A DNA stretch of 64,000 bases from Enoplolaimus lenunculus (Eukaryota): assembly GCA_030248215.1 (NCBI GenBank), contig JASANG010004131.1, positions 124,001 to 188,000 of the forward strand. Reading direction: 5' to 3'. Below are positions 25,001 to 35,808 of this stretch, piece after piece. Position 1 is the stretch's first letter. Each line of letters starts with the position of its first letter. A model generated the notes under the pieces. It ran no database searches, was not told where the DNA came from, and was given only the letters and a program-made list of their open reading frames with translations. A program made the translations under genes and the position numbers.

Positions 25001-25855
25001 GATTTGATAAATGGTGAAGCTTTTTAAAGCCCAAGGCATAAAAAAGCACAGGGGGTTAAAATTAGAAATTTTTCAAACGTTATATATATGGTTAGTAAAT
25101 TTTTTGTATCTGTAGCTACATTTTTTAAAATTTGCTATTTTGAAGATTAGAGGCGGCGGGTAACCATGCTTTTGTTTTTCCGATTATATAAGTACGATTC
25201 GTCGGGAAGTACCAGTCGTAGTGGGACTACATGTATTGAGCGAAACTCGAACACACTTAAGCAATTATGCTAATATGCGAATTAGTTATAAGCTAACTGT
25301 TCAATTATCGGTTTTGAACGTTGCTTGTAACCGTAATAATTAGTGACTTTTTTAAAATTCCCAATTTAGGTTTAACCAATTATACAAATTAGCCTGTAGC
25401 TAATAAACGGCTGAAAATTTTAACACACCAACGCGAGGTTAACACCCCAGGATGATAGATTTTAAAACAAAAATGCTTATCAGAGTCGGTTCAGCGGTTT
25501 TTGACATTCTTTTCGGACGGACAGACGTACATCCACCGTTCGACCACCGAGCACAAAATATAAAACACTTCGCCAAACTACGAGCTTCGCTCGGAGTTTC
25601 TTTTCGCTCAATAATTCCTAACCAGGGGTGACTTTCGAGAGGGAGGAGGATTTGGCCGAATGATGCGAGGGCCTTCTCACCAGTAAAATGCCAAATAAAT
25701 ATTAAATACTTATATATACTACTTAACATTCCAGTTGGTGAGCGACATGAATTGTTTATTCACAATCAGTTGTAACAAATTTTGATAAAACATACGTAAT
25801 TGAAAAACAGACCCCGAATAAGGCTTACACGAAAAAATCCACCACCCTCGGCCAT
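6431..25855 (-). CDS. SRRM1: Serine/arginine repetitive matrix protein 1-like (SRm160), PWI domain plus RS-rich region, ~1106 aa, 14 coding exons
   Basis: Exons 25855-25829, 24805-24716, 22405-22280, 15184-15020, 14635-14310, 14007-13882, 13689-13568, 12094-11701, 11006-10810, 10484-10394, 9531-8683, 8234-8168, 7705-7556 and 7021-6431 join in phase with GT-AG ends. N-terminus MAEGGGFFR-GTSADQDNRFGDKQKKLLKQMKF-...KPWITKRV...EDDVVIEF...MQINLTGFL is the SRRM1 PWI domain. The LRECALRSMR motif is in the last exon. Confidence 0.93.
7556..7705 (-). CDS. SRRM1: SRRM1 exon 13
   Basis: TLKRRKPKRDEKHMKR...ADDK; ttttag / gtaggc. Confidence 0.85.
8168..8234 (-). CDS. SRRM1: SRRM1 exon 12 (donor may instead be at 8156)
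   Basis: ttacag acceptor; ERKSAHRQKTKHDRLPDINASD. Confidence 0.7.
8683..9531 (-). CDS. SRRM1: SRRM1 exon 11 (large S/R/D-rich exon)
   Basis: Lies within ORF 8679-9575; donor gtaagt. The acceptor tttgag is inferred from phase and is less certain. Confidence 0.8.
10394..10484 (-). CDS. SRRM1: SRRM1 exon 10
   Basis: ASPNESKRRNSSPERTRQRR; tttaag (AAG) acceptor / gtatgt. Confidence 0.75.
10810..11006 (-). CDS. SRRM1: SRRM1 exon 9
   Basis: GNRQRSRSPRYRYNDYRY...; ttgcag / gtaggt. Confidence 0.85.
11201..11510. mobile_element. hAT-type MITE (CCGAAT repeats)
   Basis: cagga...ccctg ends; TSD atgtgcta. Confidence 0.8.
11701..12094 (-). CDS. SRRM1: SRRM1 exon 8
   Basis: Lies within ORF 11697-12116; ttttag / gtaatg; RSRSP motifs. 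Confidence 0.85.
12343..13497. mobile_element. Composite non-autonomous DNA element; homologous segments at ~29337-29710 and ~41900-42370
   Basis: Degenerate TIRs, TSD-like ttctaaag/ttctaaat, shared internal sequence. Confidence 0.6.
13568..13689 (-). CDS. SRRM1: SRRM1 exon 7
   Basis: ttacag / gtacgt; bridges phase 2 to phase 1 as the next exon requires. Confidence 0.75.
13882..14007 (-). CDS. SRRM1: SRRM1 exon 6 (RS-rich; alternative in-phase donor at 13933)
   Basis: YSSRSRSPTSKRRRSRSPERRSRR; phase 2 at both ends. Confidence 0.8.
14310..14635 (-). CDS. SRRM1: SRRM1 exon 5 (R/E/D-rich)
   Basis: Open frame KDSAEVVETVRREE...NQPR; tttag / gtaagt. Confidence 0.88.
15020..15184 (-). CDS. SRRM1: SRRM1 exon 4 (C-terminal half of PWI)
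   Basis: FPEPKTMQINLTGFLNAKRAREFMTELWSHLL...; tttcag / gtaaat. Confidence 0.95.
15311..18343 (-). pseudogene. Putative decayed Kelch-repeat gene fragments nested in SRRM1 intron 3
   Basis: 18343-18091 encodes ...YQTFEIFYP...SVSALHNKFYAVGG. 15462-15311 encodes AWMFDV...W...SR...FVIIGGID with stops and frameshifts. Confidence 0.4.
16629..16919. mobile_element. hAT-type MITE nested in an older copy of the same family (~16451-17110)
   Basis: TIR CAGGGTGCAACC; TSD cttgacaa on both sides. Confidence 0.88.
18869..19259. mobile_element. hAT-type MITE (CAGGGTGCAACCGG family)
   Basis: Perfect 18-bp TIR CAGGGTGCAACCGGAATT; 8-bp TSD atacgtat; internal TTCCGG repeats. Confidence 0.92.
21307..21674. mobile_element. 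hAT-type MITE (same family)
   Basis: TIRs; TSD ctacctaa. Confidence 0.9.
22280..22405 (-). CDS. SRRM1: SRRM1 exon 3 (PWI motif)
   Basis: LDMKRINFEAFKPWITKRVCQILGMEDDVVIEFIFNQLEESR; tttag / gtaagc. Confidence 0.95.
22922..23348 (+). mobile_element. Helentron/DINE-1-like interspersed element; opposite-strand copies at ~24215-24650 and ~25255-25592
   Basis: GTCC/GTCT microsatellite near one end (gtccgcctgtccgtcc) and shared body sequence. Superfamily assignment is inferred. Confidence 0.6.
24716..24805 (-). CDS. SRRM1: SRRM1 exon 2
   Basis: GTSADQDNRFGDKQKKLLKQMKFGECLEKK; ttttag / gtgagt. Confidence 0.95.
25829..25855 (-). CDS. SRRM1: SRRM1 exon 1 coding part (MAEGGGFFR)
   Basis: ATG GCC GAG GGT GGT GGA TTT TTT CGT|gtaagc. 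Acceptor ttttacag just upstream (exon starts 25882). Confidence 0.85.
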
Positions 25856-28179
25856 GAGAAACGAAGCTTGTTATGTGTACAACTGTAAAATAAGAAATAT
25901 GTATATTATGTATATATGTAATTCCAGTAATTTAAACTAAAGTATCGACAGGAAATTTTGTTTTAAACCATTACCAGACATCAATAATTTCAATAATTTC
26001 AATAGTACATCTGAAAATAACACCAAAAAGTAAACCTAAGAGGGCATATAATCAGATGCTACCGAAATGTACACAAAACCGGATACAATGCAAGCCTTAT
26101 TGCTCATATGGACTGTTCACGTGTGTATAATTAAACAATTAAACACACAAAAGGCAAGAATGAGAATAACGTACGTACGTATTGAATGCTTGTCCGTGTG
26201 CATAAGCAATACAACGATACACTGCACTCTACGGCACGGAAACATACCTATCGAACCGACATGTAGACTGTCATGCTATCGACAGGGTAAACCTCATTTT
26301 TTTCCTGTTCCCTAATCTCCAAGACCAAAGTACGTACGTACCCCAAATTCCCTGTTTGGTATTTAACGTGTATAGGTTAGCTTGTGGAATTAAACCATTT
26401 TAAGACCAGGTCCTAACAATGACACGTATCATTATCAGTCACATGCACAACGACTCGTGATTCTGCCAGCACTAGCTTGACATTGCCATAAAACCAAAGG
26501 ATGTCGCGAATAACGGAGCAGACCTAAAACGGCTCCATGAACGAAACCTAAAATTTCAATGGAATTAACAGTAGTATAAAACGTAAAAAATTACAGAAGA
26601 ACCGAAAGATCAAGAACAGTGAAATTGTAATATACACATGTTCAATAATCAATAACGTGATCGCTACCCTAGAAAATGCGTTTTAAATATCTTTTTCTTT
26701 ACTTCAGACCTATACACACGTGCCAGTTTTTCAGCGATAACGAGCGGCTACAACTTGCACAAAATACTTGCAGCTACAAGTATTTACAAAGAAACATAAT
26801 TTTTTTCTGAATCTTGACATGAAATTACATGAATAATTTACAGACCACTGCAACAAATATAAAACATAACATATATTTTGGGTCCAGCCAGTAATCATAA
26901 ATTTATTCCACGTCCAAAGCTACTAACATATGAACTAAATTTTGGCGTTTATTTATCAGGGATAAATTGCAGCTGACAATTGTCCGAATGAATTTTCAAA
27001 AAATTTGCAACTGCAAGTTTCACCTGGAAGAAACATTCACCCGTGAAGAAAAGTTTTACTCTAAATTTCTTGATCTAAAGACGTTTCGAAACATTACAAT
27101 TTCTATTCACTACTCAATCGATGTAAGATCAGTCCAGCCATCATTCAAGGTTTCTGTATAAATTCAAAAAGTCTAAATTTAAGAAGCGCACAGAAAACAG
27201 TTTCCTGTTGGCCAGTCAAAATGCAGCAGCAAAGCTATTTTCGGACCGATCCTGCACATGCAAGTTACACGTGCAAGTTTGTCGCGCAAAACTGGCATGC
27301 GCGCATTGGGCTGTGCCGAAGTACACAAATCAGAAGTCAAAACTTCATAGTACTAGCTATGTCTGTACAACCGTGAGATCCACAATTTTGTCAAACAATT
27401 TTGTAATTTTTGGTCATCGAAGAAATGGCGTAAAAACAGTAAAATGACTGAATTTTACTGAAACAATGCTTATGTTGAACCAATACTGCTCGAAGTCTAT
27501 ATTTACTAAAGTTAATTAGTTGTAGCTCAAGTCTGAAGCGTCAACACTTTTCAGATAACCTCTACTACTCGTTTGTGCTAAAGGATACATTTAGATGATA
27601 CTCAGAATTAACACGTCTCAAAACGTTCCTTTACCCTGGCGAAATCTCACTTCTTCCCATATATCTTGTGTGCACCATGGTCTCTATACATTGGTCTGAA
27701 ATCAGTACTACATCCAAAAACTGTTAATTTTTTGAGAGTAAGAACAAAGTGGAGTGTTATAAACTTGCGTGCTATATTAGCTGACAAAACAAGAAAATAG
27801 TTGCAGCACGGCTTTGGCTTCATGTTTTACCCGATATTGTAAATAGCGACAAAACGGGTTCAAGGCTACCACAACGTTATCCCCGCATATTAGTTCAAGC
27901 TTCTCGCTTGATTCGATGAGGCCAATTTGCTGGAGCAACAGCCGGTATGTTAAAAAGACCAGGTCAGATGACGGTGAGGTTACTAAATTTTAACAATAAT
28001 CCGCGAAATGTTTTATAAAGTTACTCTCTCCTATATAGGCTCTACAGGACTGAACAAACTGAGTCAAATTCGACTCCGCGCACGTTTGACTGGTGGAGTC
28101 AAAGTTGGCGCAGTTTGTGAAAGTCCCGCAGAGCATATATCGGAGCGAGTAAATTTGATTCACCATTTTTTGCAGTGTA

Positions 28180-30323
28180 GGCTTTATGCGTCATCCATTT
28201 TAATGTGTGCCCGCCGTGTGGAAAATTGACGCAACCATTTCCAAGTACGGTTTTGAAAAACGCTTCAAAAAGGAAATGGAATTTCAAAACTGTTTCAATT
28301 TCCCACAGGTATCGATTTTTCAAACTCAAGTAGTTAATTGATAGCATTATTTGATCTTCAATTTTCCACTAGCGATTTTTTAAACAAGGGCAATGGGAAA
28401 TTGTGCCATTTTCCAAATTCAATTTCCGCTTTGCCTTGACACTTCAATTACCAAAGTGGAAATTGAAAGAGAATCATAAATTTAGCAATTTAATGATATT
28501 GTCCCTCTTATCGAAAATTGAATTTACAGTTTACAATTTCACTTGTGATATTGTCCCCAAAAAGGATGAAATTTTACAACTCAAAGTTCAAATAGAAGGT
28601 TAGGATGAGAGTTTCTAGAAATGATGTTTGATGGGCCACCCAAGTCGCAAGGTTAAGTTGTGCGATTGAAATTTTGAATATCTTGACGTTAGTGGTCATT
28701 CAACGCTTGGGGTCAAGTTTCTTGTGCTACCAGTTTTACTGAGGTTGGGTTTAAAATTGGAACAGCAATTTTTTGCGGACACTGGAGTCACTTTTTATGG
28801 AGTACGACGGTATATTGATTCAAGGATTGGTGATTACAATTGGTATCCCCCGCAAACTGAAACCGCATATAGTCACGTTGAACTTACTATGTCCGAACGT
28901 GTCTACGATCTAATTAAGAATATAGTCGAAACGAGCGAAGATTTATTAGTGTTAATAGTTTTGCATAATTTAGCAAAAATTATCCGTTTAGTTCGTTTCG
29001 ATTGACTTCTGTCACTTTCCAAAAAATCAACATAAAACCAAACAACTTAACAACATATTGCAGATATTGGCTAAAATTAACTAATTAGCCATCATTTTTA
29101 TTACCTAATTTCACCCCACCTGCGGCTCCGGCTCCGGTATTTTTCACCTCCGGTTGCACCCTGCTACGTAAATGTATACCAGACTGACTTCACAGGCGTT
29201 TACAGAACTAAGAACCATGATCGAGAATTGGGCTCAATTACTTCAGACATCACGCCCCCTAAACGTCAGCCACTTTTTCCTATACTTAGTGCTTCTTAGG
29301 CTAAGGTTTAGACTTGGGGCTACGGTTACCGCCCCTGGATTGTTTTTTCCGGAAAAAAATTATGACCGGAAAAAATGGAAAAATGGAAAAAACTCATTCC
29401 TTGTCTGAGTGACCGGTTATCCCACCCTTAGCCGGCGTTTGCCCAAAAATGCTGACATTTTGAAGCTTTTTGCATATTTGAGCTTCTGTTTTGGCGTGGA
29501 ATAATAGGAGGCCATTAGAGGTTGAAGCTAGGAAAAGTTTTGCATCAACTTTTTTGGCCGGCCCCACTGTGGACGAAACTTGGTGAGCGAACCGAAACAG
29601 ATGTATATGTAGTTTTGCATTAAATCTCGTGGAAAAGCTTCAATTCTGAAGTCCATTTACAAATGCTGCAATTTTCGCTGTTTTCGGACATATAATGTGT
29701 CCTGGTGAACATATACACACGGTCACTACAATCCTGTACAGCCCTGTTCTATACATTGGCCAAAATTATAGACATCATTAAAAGAATTGCGTGTTTGTAA
29801 CAAATATTCCTATCTGGTGCATAGATCTTTCTTTCACTTCCGACGTCGAAAACGCCTGCCGTCATAGTTGAAAGCGAATTATTGCACCGATTAGGTCAAA
29901 GGTCATGTACCTACCGCAGTGTTTCCGCTTTTATGATTTTTTCAATTTCCCACTGCCCTGCTGATTTTCAACTACCGTGAGGGAAATTGAAACTGAAATT
30001 TGGGTGCCCATTTCCCACTGCAGTTTTGGTGACTTTTCAATTTCCTTTTCGACAGCAAATTTAGCTTATCAATTTCCTATTTAAGTTTTAAAAATGTCTC
30101 AATTTCCTACTGCTGTCCTATTTAAATTCCCTATTGGAAAATCGACACTCAAAATATCATTTCAATTTACTAGTACGGTTTGTAAGTTGTCTCAATTTCT
30201 CACTAGACCAATTTTTTCAAATTAAATTTCCTTCTTGAAGCGTTTTTCAAAACCGTACTTGGAAATGGTTGCGTCAATTTTCCACACGGCGGGCACACGA
30301 TAAAATGAATGACGCATTAGGGC
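28180..30323. mobile_element. ~2.1-kb non-autonomous element with ~100-bp TIRs and subterminal TCAATTTCC repeats
   Basis: 28186-28285 is a near-perfect reverse complement of 30220-30317. No transposase ORF inside. Confidence 0.8.
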
Positions 30324-30654
30324 GTTAACCGAAGCAAAAACATCGCTTGTTTACTTAATTTTTCTCTGATCGTCAGCGAAATCATTTCGCAGAATTAAAT
30401 TTGCGTCAAAATTCACGAATTATATACAGTGAGTAACCGGAATTCCGATTGCGGTTCCGGAATTTTTCACCTTCCTATACCGGTTCCCGTTCCGGCAATT
30501 TTTTACCGGAATTAAAAATTCCGGTATTAAAATTTGGTCGGTGGAAGCAAAGCATTCCTTCACGGAACAGGGTTGGCGCCCATATATTTTATGATCCAAC
30601 CGGAACCGTCGGCTTACGTTTAGGCTTAGGCTAATGAATAAATTCAGTCTTACG

Positions 30655-30678
30655 CTTAGGCTTAGGCTTAGGCTTAGG
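30655..30678 (+). repeat. (CTTAGG)4 interstitial telomere-like repeat
   Basis: Read directly from the sequence. Confidence 0.9.
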
Positions 30679-31996
30679 AATATGCATAATACTGTTCCGC
30701 TCCTGTTCTTTACATTGGCCGAGGTTTCTAACATCGGGTCCTCTAAATTGACGCTTGGGGTTCAAAGACCGGCCAAGTGCTATGAATTCACAGCTTTGAA
30801 TATAGTCATAAAATAAAATAGGTAGCCACTTGATTCTCCCAGAGATATTTTTCAATAGACGCAACGTCCGTTAACGTCATTGCACTTGTGGAAGTGTTAG
30901 CACATGATTTTCAATTTTTCCGTTTTTCCGTATTTTCCGGTTCAATTTTTCCGGAAAAACAAACTCTGGCAGCAAGTATCCAAAAGCAGGGGGCAGTGGC
31001 AAATATGCGGAGACGTAGTATTGATGTCATGTTGTAAACAGATAGCAAAAATGACGGAAACAAAAACGGATGGTGCTCAAAATTTTGGAAACCGGAAAAG
31101 TACAAAAACGCATATGAAGCAGTAAGGAAAAATAGCGATTGCCGCCAAAATTTTCTTTAATTTTGGATAAATTTCGTTGTTCGATTTCAAGTCGAACAAT
31201 TACAGCATATATATCTTGTCATGAACAACTGAATTATCCATAAGTGATTTTTACAACCACAATGATACCTAACAACAGATCTGCATTATTTCTATAACGG
31301 AAACGGAAACCGATACCAATTATACGGGAAACGGAAACGAATATCCGGTTACCATTTCTGTAAAATAGCAGAAGAGAACTCGCAAGCGAAGTGAGACGAA
31401 AGCCAAATAAGCGTGAATAACGCAACGTATGAACCAAAGATGCGCTAAAGACCCATTTTTGCAATCTCATAGCGGTTTGGCTTTGCAGCATCGGCTGCAA
31501 TTTGCTTTGCAACATGTCAGCTGTAGTAACATTTGAGCTAAAGACGGAAGCCTCAAAATACATAGAACGCACACTTCAAAGCAAAGAATTTAGGCATTTG
31601 CAGAAGCTGATCCAAAAATTGGCGACGGCGGGTTCGTGCTGACAAACATTAAGAAACACGAAATTTGTAAGAGAGGGACCTTATCATTTTATCACCAAAA
31701 AATTTTCTGTGAAGGAAAAATTGTAAAGTATGAACCTTACCGTTTTATCGCAAAAAATTGTGAGGGAAAAATTGTACCGTAACGCATTTTATCAATATAA
31801 ATTTTTTGGCGAAAGGGGCGTCCGTCTTCCCCCACTGGGTCCGCTGGTGGGCGTTTGTTTTCATTTCCACACCAAAGTTCTCATCATTCGCTCCACACGA
31901 ATAATGACTACAGCAGTAAAATAGACTTAGGCTTTGGGTTCCCAAAGTGTAACTATAAATTCAAATGTTCCAATAAGTTTCTTCGATGCACACCTT

Positions 31997-32431
31997 TTAC
32001 GTCACGTAACCGAATTCAGAGTTCCTGCAATTGTCAACGACGGTGCGGTCATTACCCAATACAGCGCCAGTGCACACTCTGGGCTGAGGAGGGCCATATG
32101 GTACGTGAACTGGTGTCACTGGAATAAGTCCGCTTGATTCTTCGTCTTCATGTATCTTTTTTCTCAGTCGACGTGCTTTTAGCATCATATATACCCTGGT
32201 TGCAACGCAACAAATTAATAAAATTACCACACCAACGCCTCCAAATCCAAGGACACCAATTGAAATGGCAATGAATTCAGGCGGCAGTCCCGTTTCTGTT
32301 GCATCCGAACGCGTCGGTTCAAGTAAATGTTCTTGTCTCAGTGGCGAAAGCTCATCCGTTAATGTGAACTTTTGTTCTGAACCGAACAACAGCGAATAAG
32401 GAGTGGGTTGAGTTGACATTGTTGCATTCAT
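31997..32431 (-). CDS. Orphan single-pass membrane protein (144 aa), or terminal exon of a larger gene
   Basis: ORF with N-terminal sequon NAT, one hydrophobic stretch (FIAISIGVLGFGGVGVVILLICCV), a basic stop-transfer cluster (KARRLRKK) and a Pro/Tyr tail. Confidence 0.6.
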   Translation of the reverse strand: MNATMSTQPTPYSLLFGSEQKFTLTDELSPLRQEHLLEPTRSDATETGLPPEFIAISIGVLGFGGVGVVILLICCVATRVYMMLKARRLRKKIHEDEESSGLIPVTPVHVPYGPPQPRVCTGAVLGNDRTVVDNCRNSEFGYVT

Positions 32432-32887
32432 ATTATTAATATATGCGTGTATATTGTTTGAAATTGAGAAGCAAATTTCATTTCAACCGAATTGTAGTAT
32501 TTATTTATATTCGCACAATAATTTATAAAAAATTGCTAATTTGTTTATTGAAAGTTACAGAGTTCTAAAAATATATTTATATGTAAACGCGAAGGAACAG
32601 AAAACGCCAGATTGCACGTGGAGCTTACCTGAGCCATTGTTATGGCATAACTGAACACAGAATCTGAATGCAAACAAAAGCTCAGAATTGCAACTTTTAT
32701 GAATCTCGAAAGAAAGCAAAGTCGTGCTACAACTATTTACTTGTATTGTCAATTAATATAGCACATATTACCAGTTGACGGTAGGGCTCATATATCGCCT
32801 AGAACGTTCCACGCTACGATAAAGATCGCCCCATTGTCCTGAGACAGCAATATACCAAGAGTGCAATCATATGCACTCCAGTTTACA

Positions 32888-33336
32888 TACTGTATTGACC
32901 CGAATAAGAGGTGCGCTGATATTTACTTGGCCTCTCCAGAGGGTACCCCCGTTGTTATTCGGTTACGGACTGTTATTTATTTTTAACCCATGCTCCGCCG
33001 CCCTTCGTTTCTGATATATATCCGGTACTGCAACTATCCGTTGAATTAAACGTATATTTGTCTTCTTTCAATAGTTTGAGCGATAATAAAAGGTTATACT
33101 TAGGAATGTACTTTCAAAATTTAAGTACGCTATTAAAGTTTCGAACTCAAATTATTTGGTCCTGGAGTCATTTATGTGCTACAATTAGGGTTAAATGACA
33201 TTTATGGATTCTAATTAGGGTTTAGGGACTCTATCCGCTTACGGACTCTTATTAGGGATACGGACTCCTATTGATTAGGACGCAAAATGTGGACCCCCTC
33301 TTATTACCCCCCCTTCTTATTCGGGTCAATACAGTA
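32888..33336. mobile_element. Tc1/mariner-type MITE (TA-flanked); inverted, internally deleted copy at 45374-45684
   Basis: Perfect terminal inverted repeat TACTGTATTGACCCGAATAAGA. Confidence 0.88.
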
Positions 33337-33685
33337 TGCACAGCCAAATATTTATATATTCATAAAAATATATATTTATATATAATATTCTGAGAATGAG
33401 GTGTAGTAGCGACAGTTTTTACTTCTCCCGGGGGAAAATGAGGGGCTGCAGCTGAATCAGCTCCTAGTCATTCCTGCTGCAACTTTTGGCTGGATTGAAT
33501 CGGGGGTCATATTTTCATGCGACAACGGGTAGGAGCATGAGATGTGAGGTTCTGCTTGTGTTTGCTTGTCAACAACAAAGCAAACTATTTTAAATAAAAA
33601 TACTAAAGTTCGAAGCAACTATCTGCCTTCGTGATAGCGGTTCTGTCTCATGCTTATGTTTAAAAAGATCCAGTTTTGTACTTAT

Positions 33686-33821
33686 AATCTTCCATCGGTC
33701 CAAATCTTCCCTCAGACCAAATCTTCTCTCGGTCCAAATCTTCCCTCGGACCCAATCTTCCCTCCGGCCAAATCTTCCCTCGATCAGAATATTCCCTCGG
33801 TCCAAGTCTTCCTTCGGTCCA
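33686..33821. repeat. Minisatellite, 8 x 17 bp (aatcttccctcggtcca)
   Basis: Read directly from the sequence. Confidence 0.9.
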
Positions 33822-34783
33822 AAGTATGGGAACCTATCGGAATTATGAGAAGATTTGGGCTACGATACTTGAAACTTATTGGAAATATGTGCTCGACAAA
33901 CAGACGCAAGGGCCTATCCGAGGCGGAACCTTAAATTTAATCTTCGCAACAAACCGCATTTAAAACCGTCGCAGAGTATACAAGTTTATGGAATGCAACC
34001 ATGTTATCACCAGCAAGCAATCTTGCAGTGCTTTTTTCCGCGACGACATATCTTTGCAATTTCAACGTTCGACCAATGCGCACATTCAGGCATTATTGGC
34101 AAAAGGTTGACGACCAACGTTTAAATTTTTGGAAATTACATTAAAAAAAGAATCAAAATGATTTTTGACAGGCAAAACACTTGAGGTGCGGTTTGTTGAG
34201 GTGCAAAATAGGCAAACCATGGGTGGCATATATAGGCAGTGAAATTTTGCGCGCAACAGTGTCCTAAGCCTACGAATCAATTTTGGCATAATCCTAAGCG
34301 TAATCCTAAGCATAAGCTTAAGCATATTACCGATGGCGACGGATTGTCGAGTCGATGAAATTTCGCAATACAAGCCGTCAGGCAACGAATTGTCGTGTTT
34401 CCACACGTATACTTCGGAGTTGCGTATTTCGTTGTATTCAAACGAATTAAAACCCTGGTGTCTAAAAATATAGGTACATATATTAACAAATCGGTGAAAA
34501 TTGTTAGTCATAGAAACGTACCATTTTTTGTTTTAAAAACTATAAAATGAAACAATGGGCAGGTAAAGTGGTTAAAGGAATTTTGCACGGGTATACCCGC
34601 GGGTAAAGAAATAACATTTCCGCGGGTAACGCGCACCGCGGGTAAGAAAATCTTTACCCACGTACACCTCTGAGAGTGCAGTGTCACCGTTTGGATTCGG
34701 TCATAGATGGTATTCGCACAGAATATATTATACTCAAAAGCTACAAAATCGGTTCGTTAGATGCTTAAAAACCAGGGTGCAGC

Positions 34784-35091
34784 CACAAGCGGATCCAGAG
34801 AAGGGGCGGGGGGTGGGGATTGGGGTGGCGCACGCCCTCCATCAGAAACTTTTTTGAGATATATATAATGGTAATTACTTTACAATTTTCCCCTCAGAAA
34901 AGCTTTTTGTAAAAAAATACAATTTTTCCCTCAAAATTTTTTCGTGATAAAATGGTAAAAGTACCTTACAATTTTTCGCCCTCAGAAAATTTTTTGGACA
35001 TAAAATGATAAGGTCCCAACCTTAAAATTTTTGCGTTTCATAACCTTTGCCAGCCCGCCGCATCCGTCAAAAATTTTTGGATCCGCCTCTG
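34784..35091. mobile_element. GCGGATCC-TIR MITE inserted into the TIR of a CAGGGTGCAAC element
   Basis: TSD ggtgcagc/ggtgcaac; internal aaaatgataaggtccc subrepeats. Confidence 0.75.
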
Positions 35092-35599
35092 GGTGCAACT
35101 TGAGGTGAAAAATACAGGAACCGAAGCAACTGAAATTTTTTCCATAAAACTTAAAATAACAATTTTCCACCAGCGATTTTATGAAAACATTAATATTTAC
35201 AAAAATAGTACTGTGTCTACCCATTTGACTTTTAGATGGTACATATTCGAATATACCAAAACATTTTTTTGATAAGGCATTTAAAATCGCTTCGCCGAGA
35301 GATGGTTGATTTATTATCAACAGATGCCGATTTGTTGTAAAATGTTGTAAAACGAATATATTTGAGTTTTTTGTCACTTGATAAACAAATTAATTTTTCA
35401 ATGTTTTTTGCGATAGTGTGGGTTGTTTCAAGCAAAATTGCTTCAGTGCTATCAAAAAAATTTTTTTCTGTCCGTACCCAGCCCAACATAATAAAAGGGA
35501 TCCAATAAAGGTTTTAGACAGCCGTTGCAGGCAGGGTGTAACCGGATATTCGTTTCTGGAAAGATTCGGTTTCTGTATGCGTTTCTGATTTCAGTTATA

Positions 35600-35808
35600 C
35601 ATTGTAAAAAATACTGAGTCAAATGGACTCTCTCCGAAATAGGCTCTACGGGACTACACAAACTGAGTCAACTTCGACTCCACCACAGTCAAACGTGCGA
35701 CTCAGTGAGTTGAATTTGACTCTGGCGGAGTCGAATTTGACTCAGTTTGTGTAGTCCCGTAGAGCCTATTTCGGAGAGAGTCAATTTGACTCACCATTTT
35801 TTGCAGTG
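35600..35808. mobile_element. Foldback (palindromic) MITE with CACTG-type ends; copies at 44477-44643 and ~28020-28177
   Basis: Near-perfect ~210-bp palindrome built of GAGTCAAATTTGACTC units. Confidence 0.85.

Noticed and set aside
29336..30968. Apparent TIR pair interleaved with the 28180-30323 element
   Set aside because: No matching TSD; more simply two independent remnants.
32663..32774. Junction-spanning TGA as selenocysteine
   Set aside because: The exon join is speculative and no SECIS element was identified.
33686..33821. CRISPR-like array
   Set aside because: Head-to-tail 17-bp units with no spacers in a eukaryotic context; it is a minisatellite.
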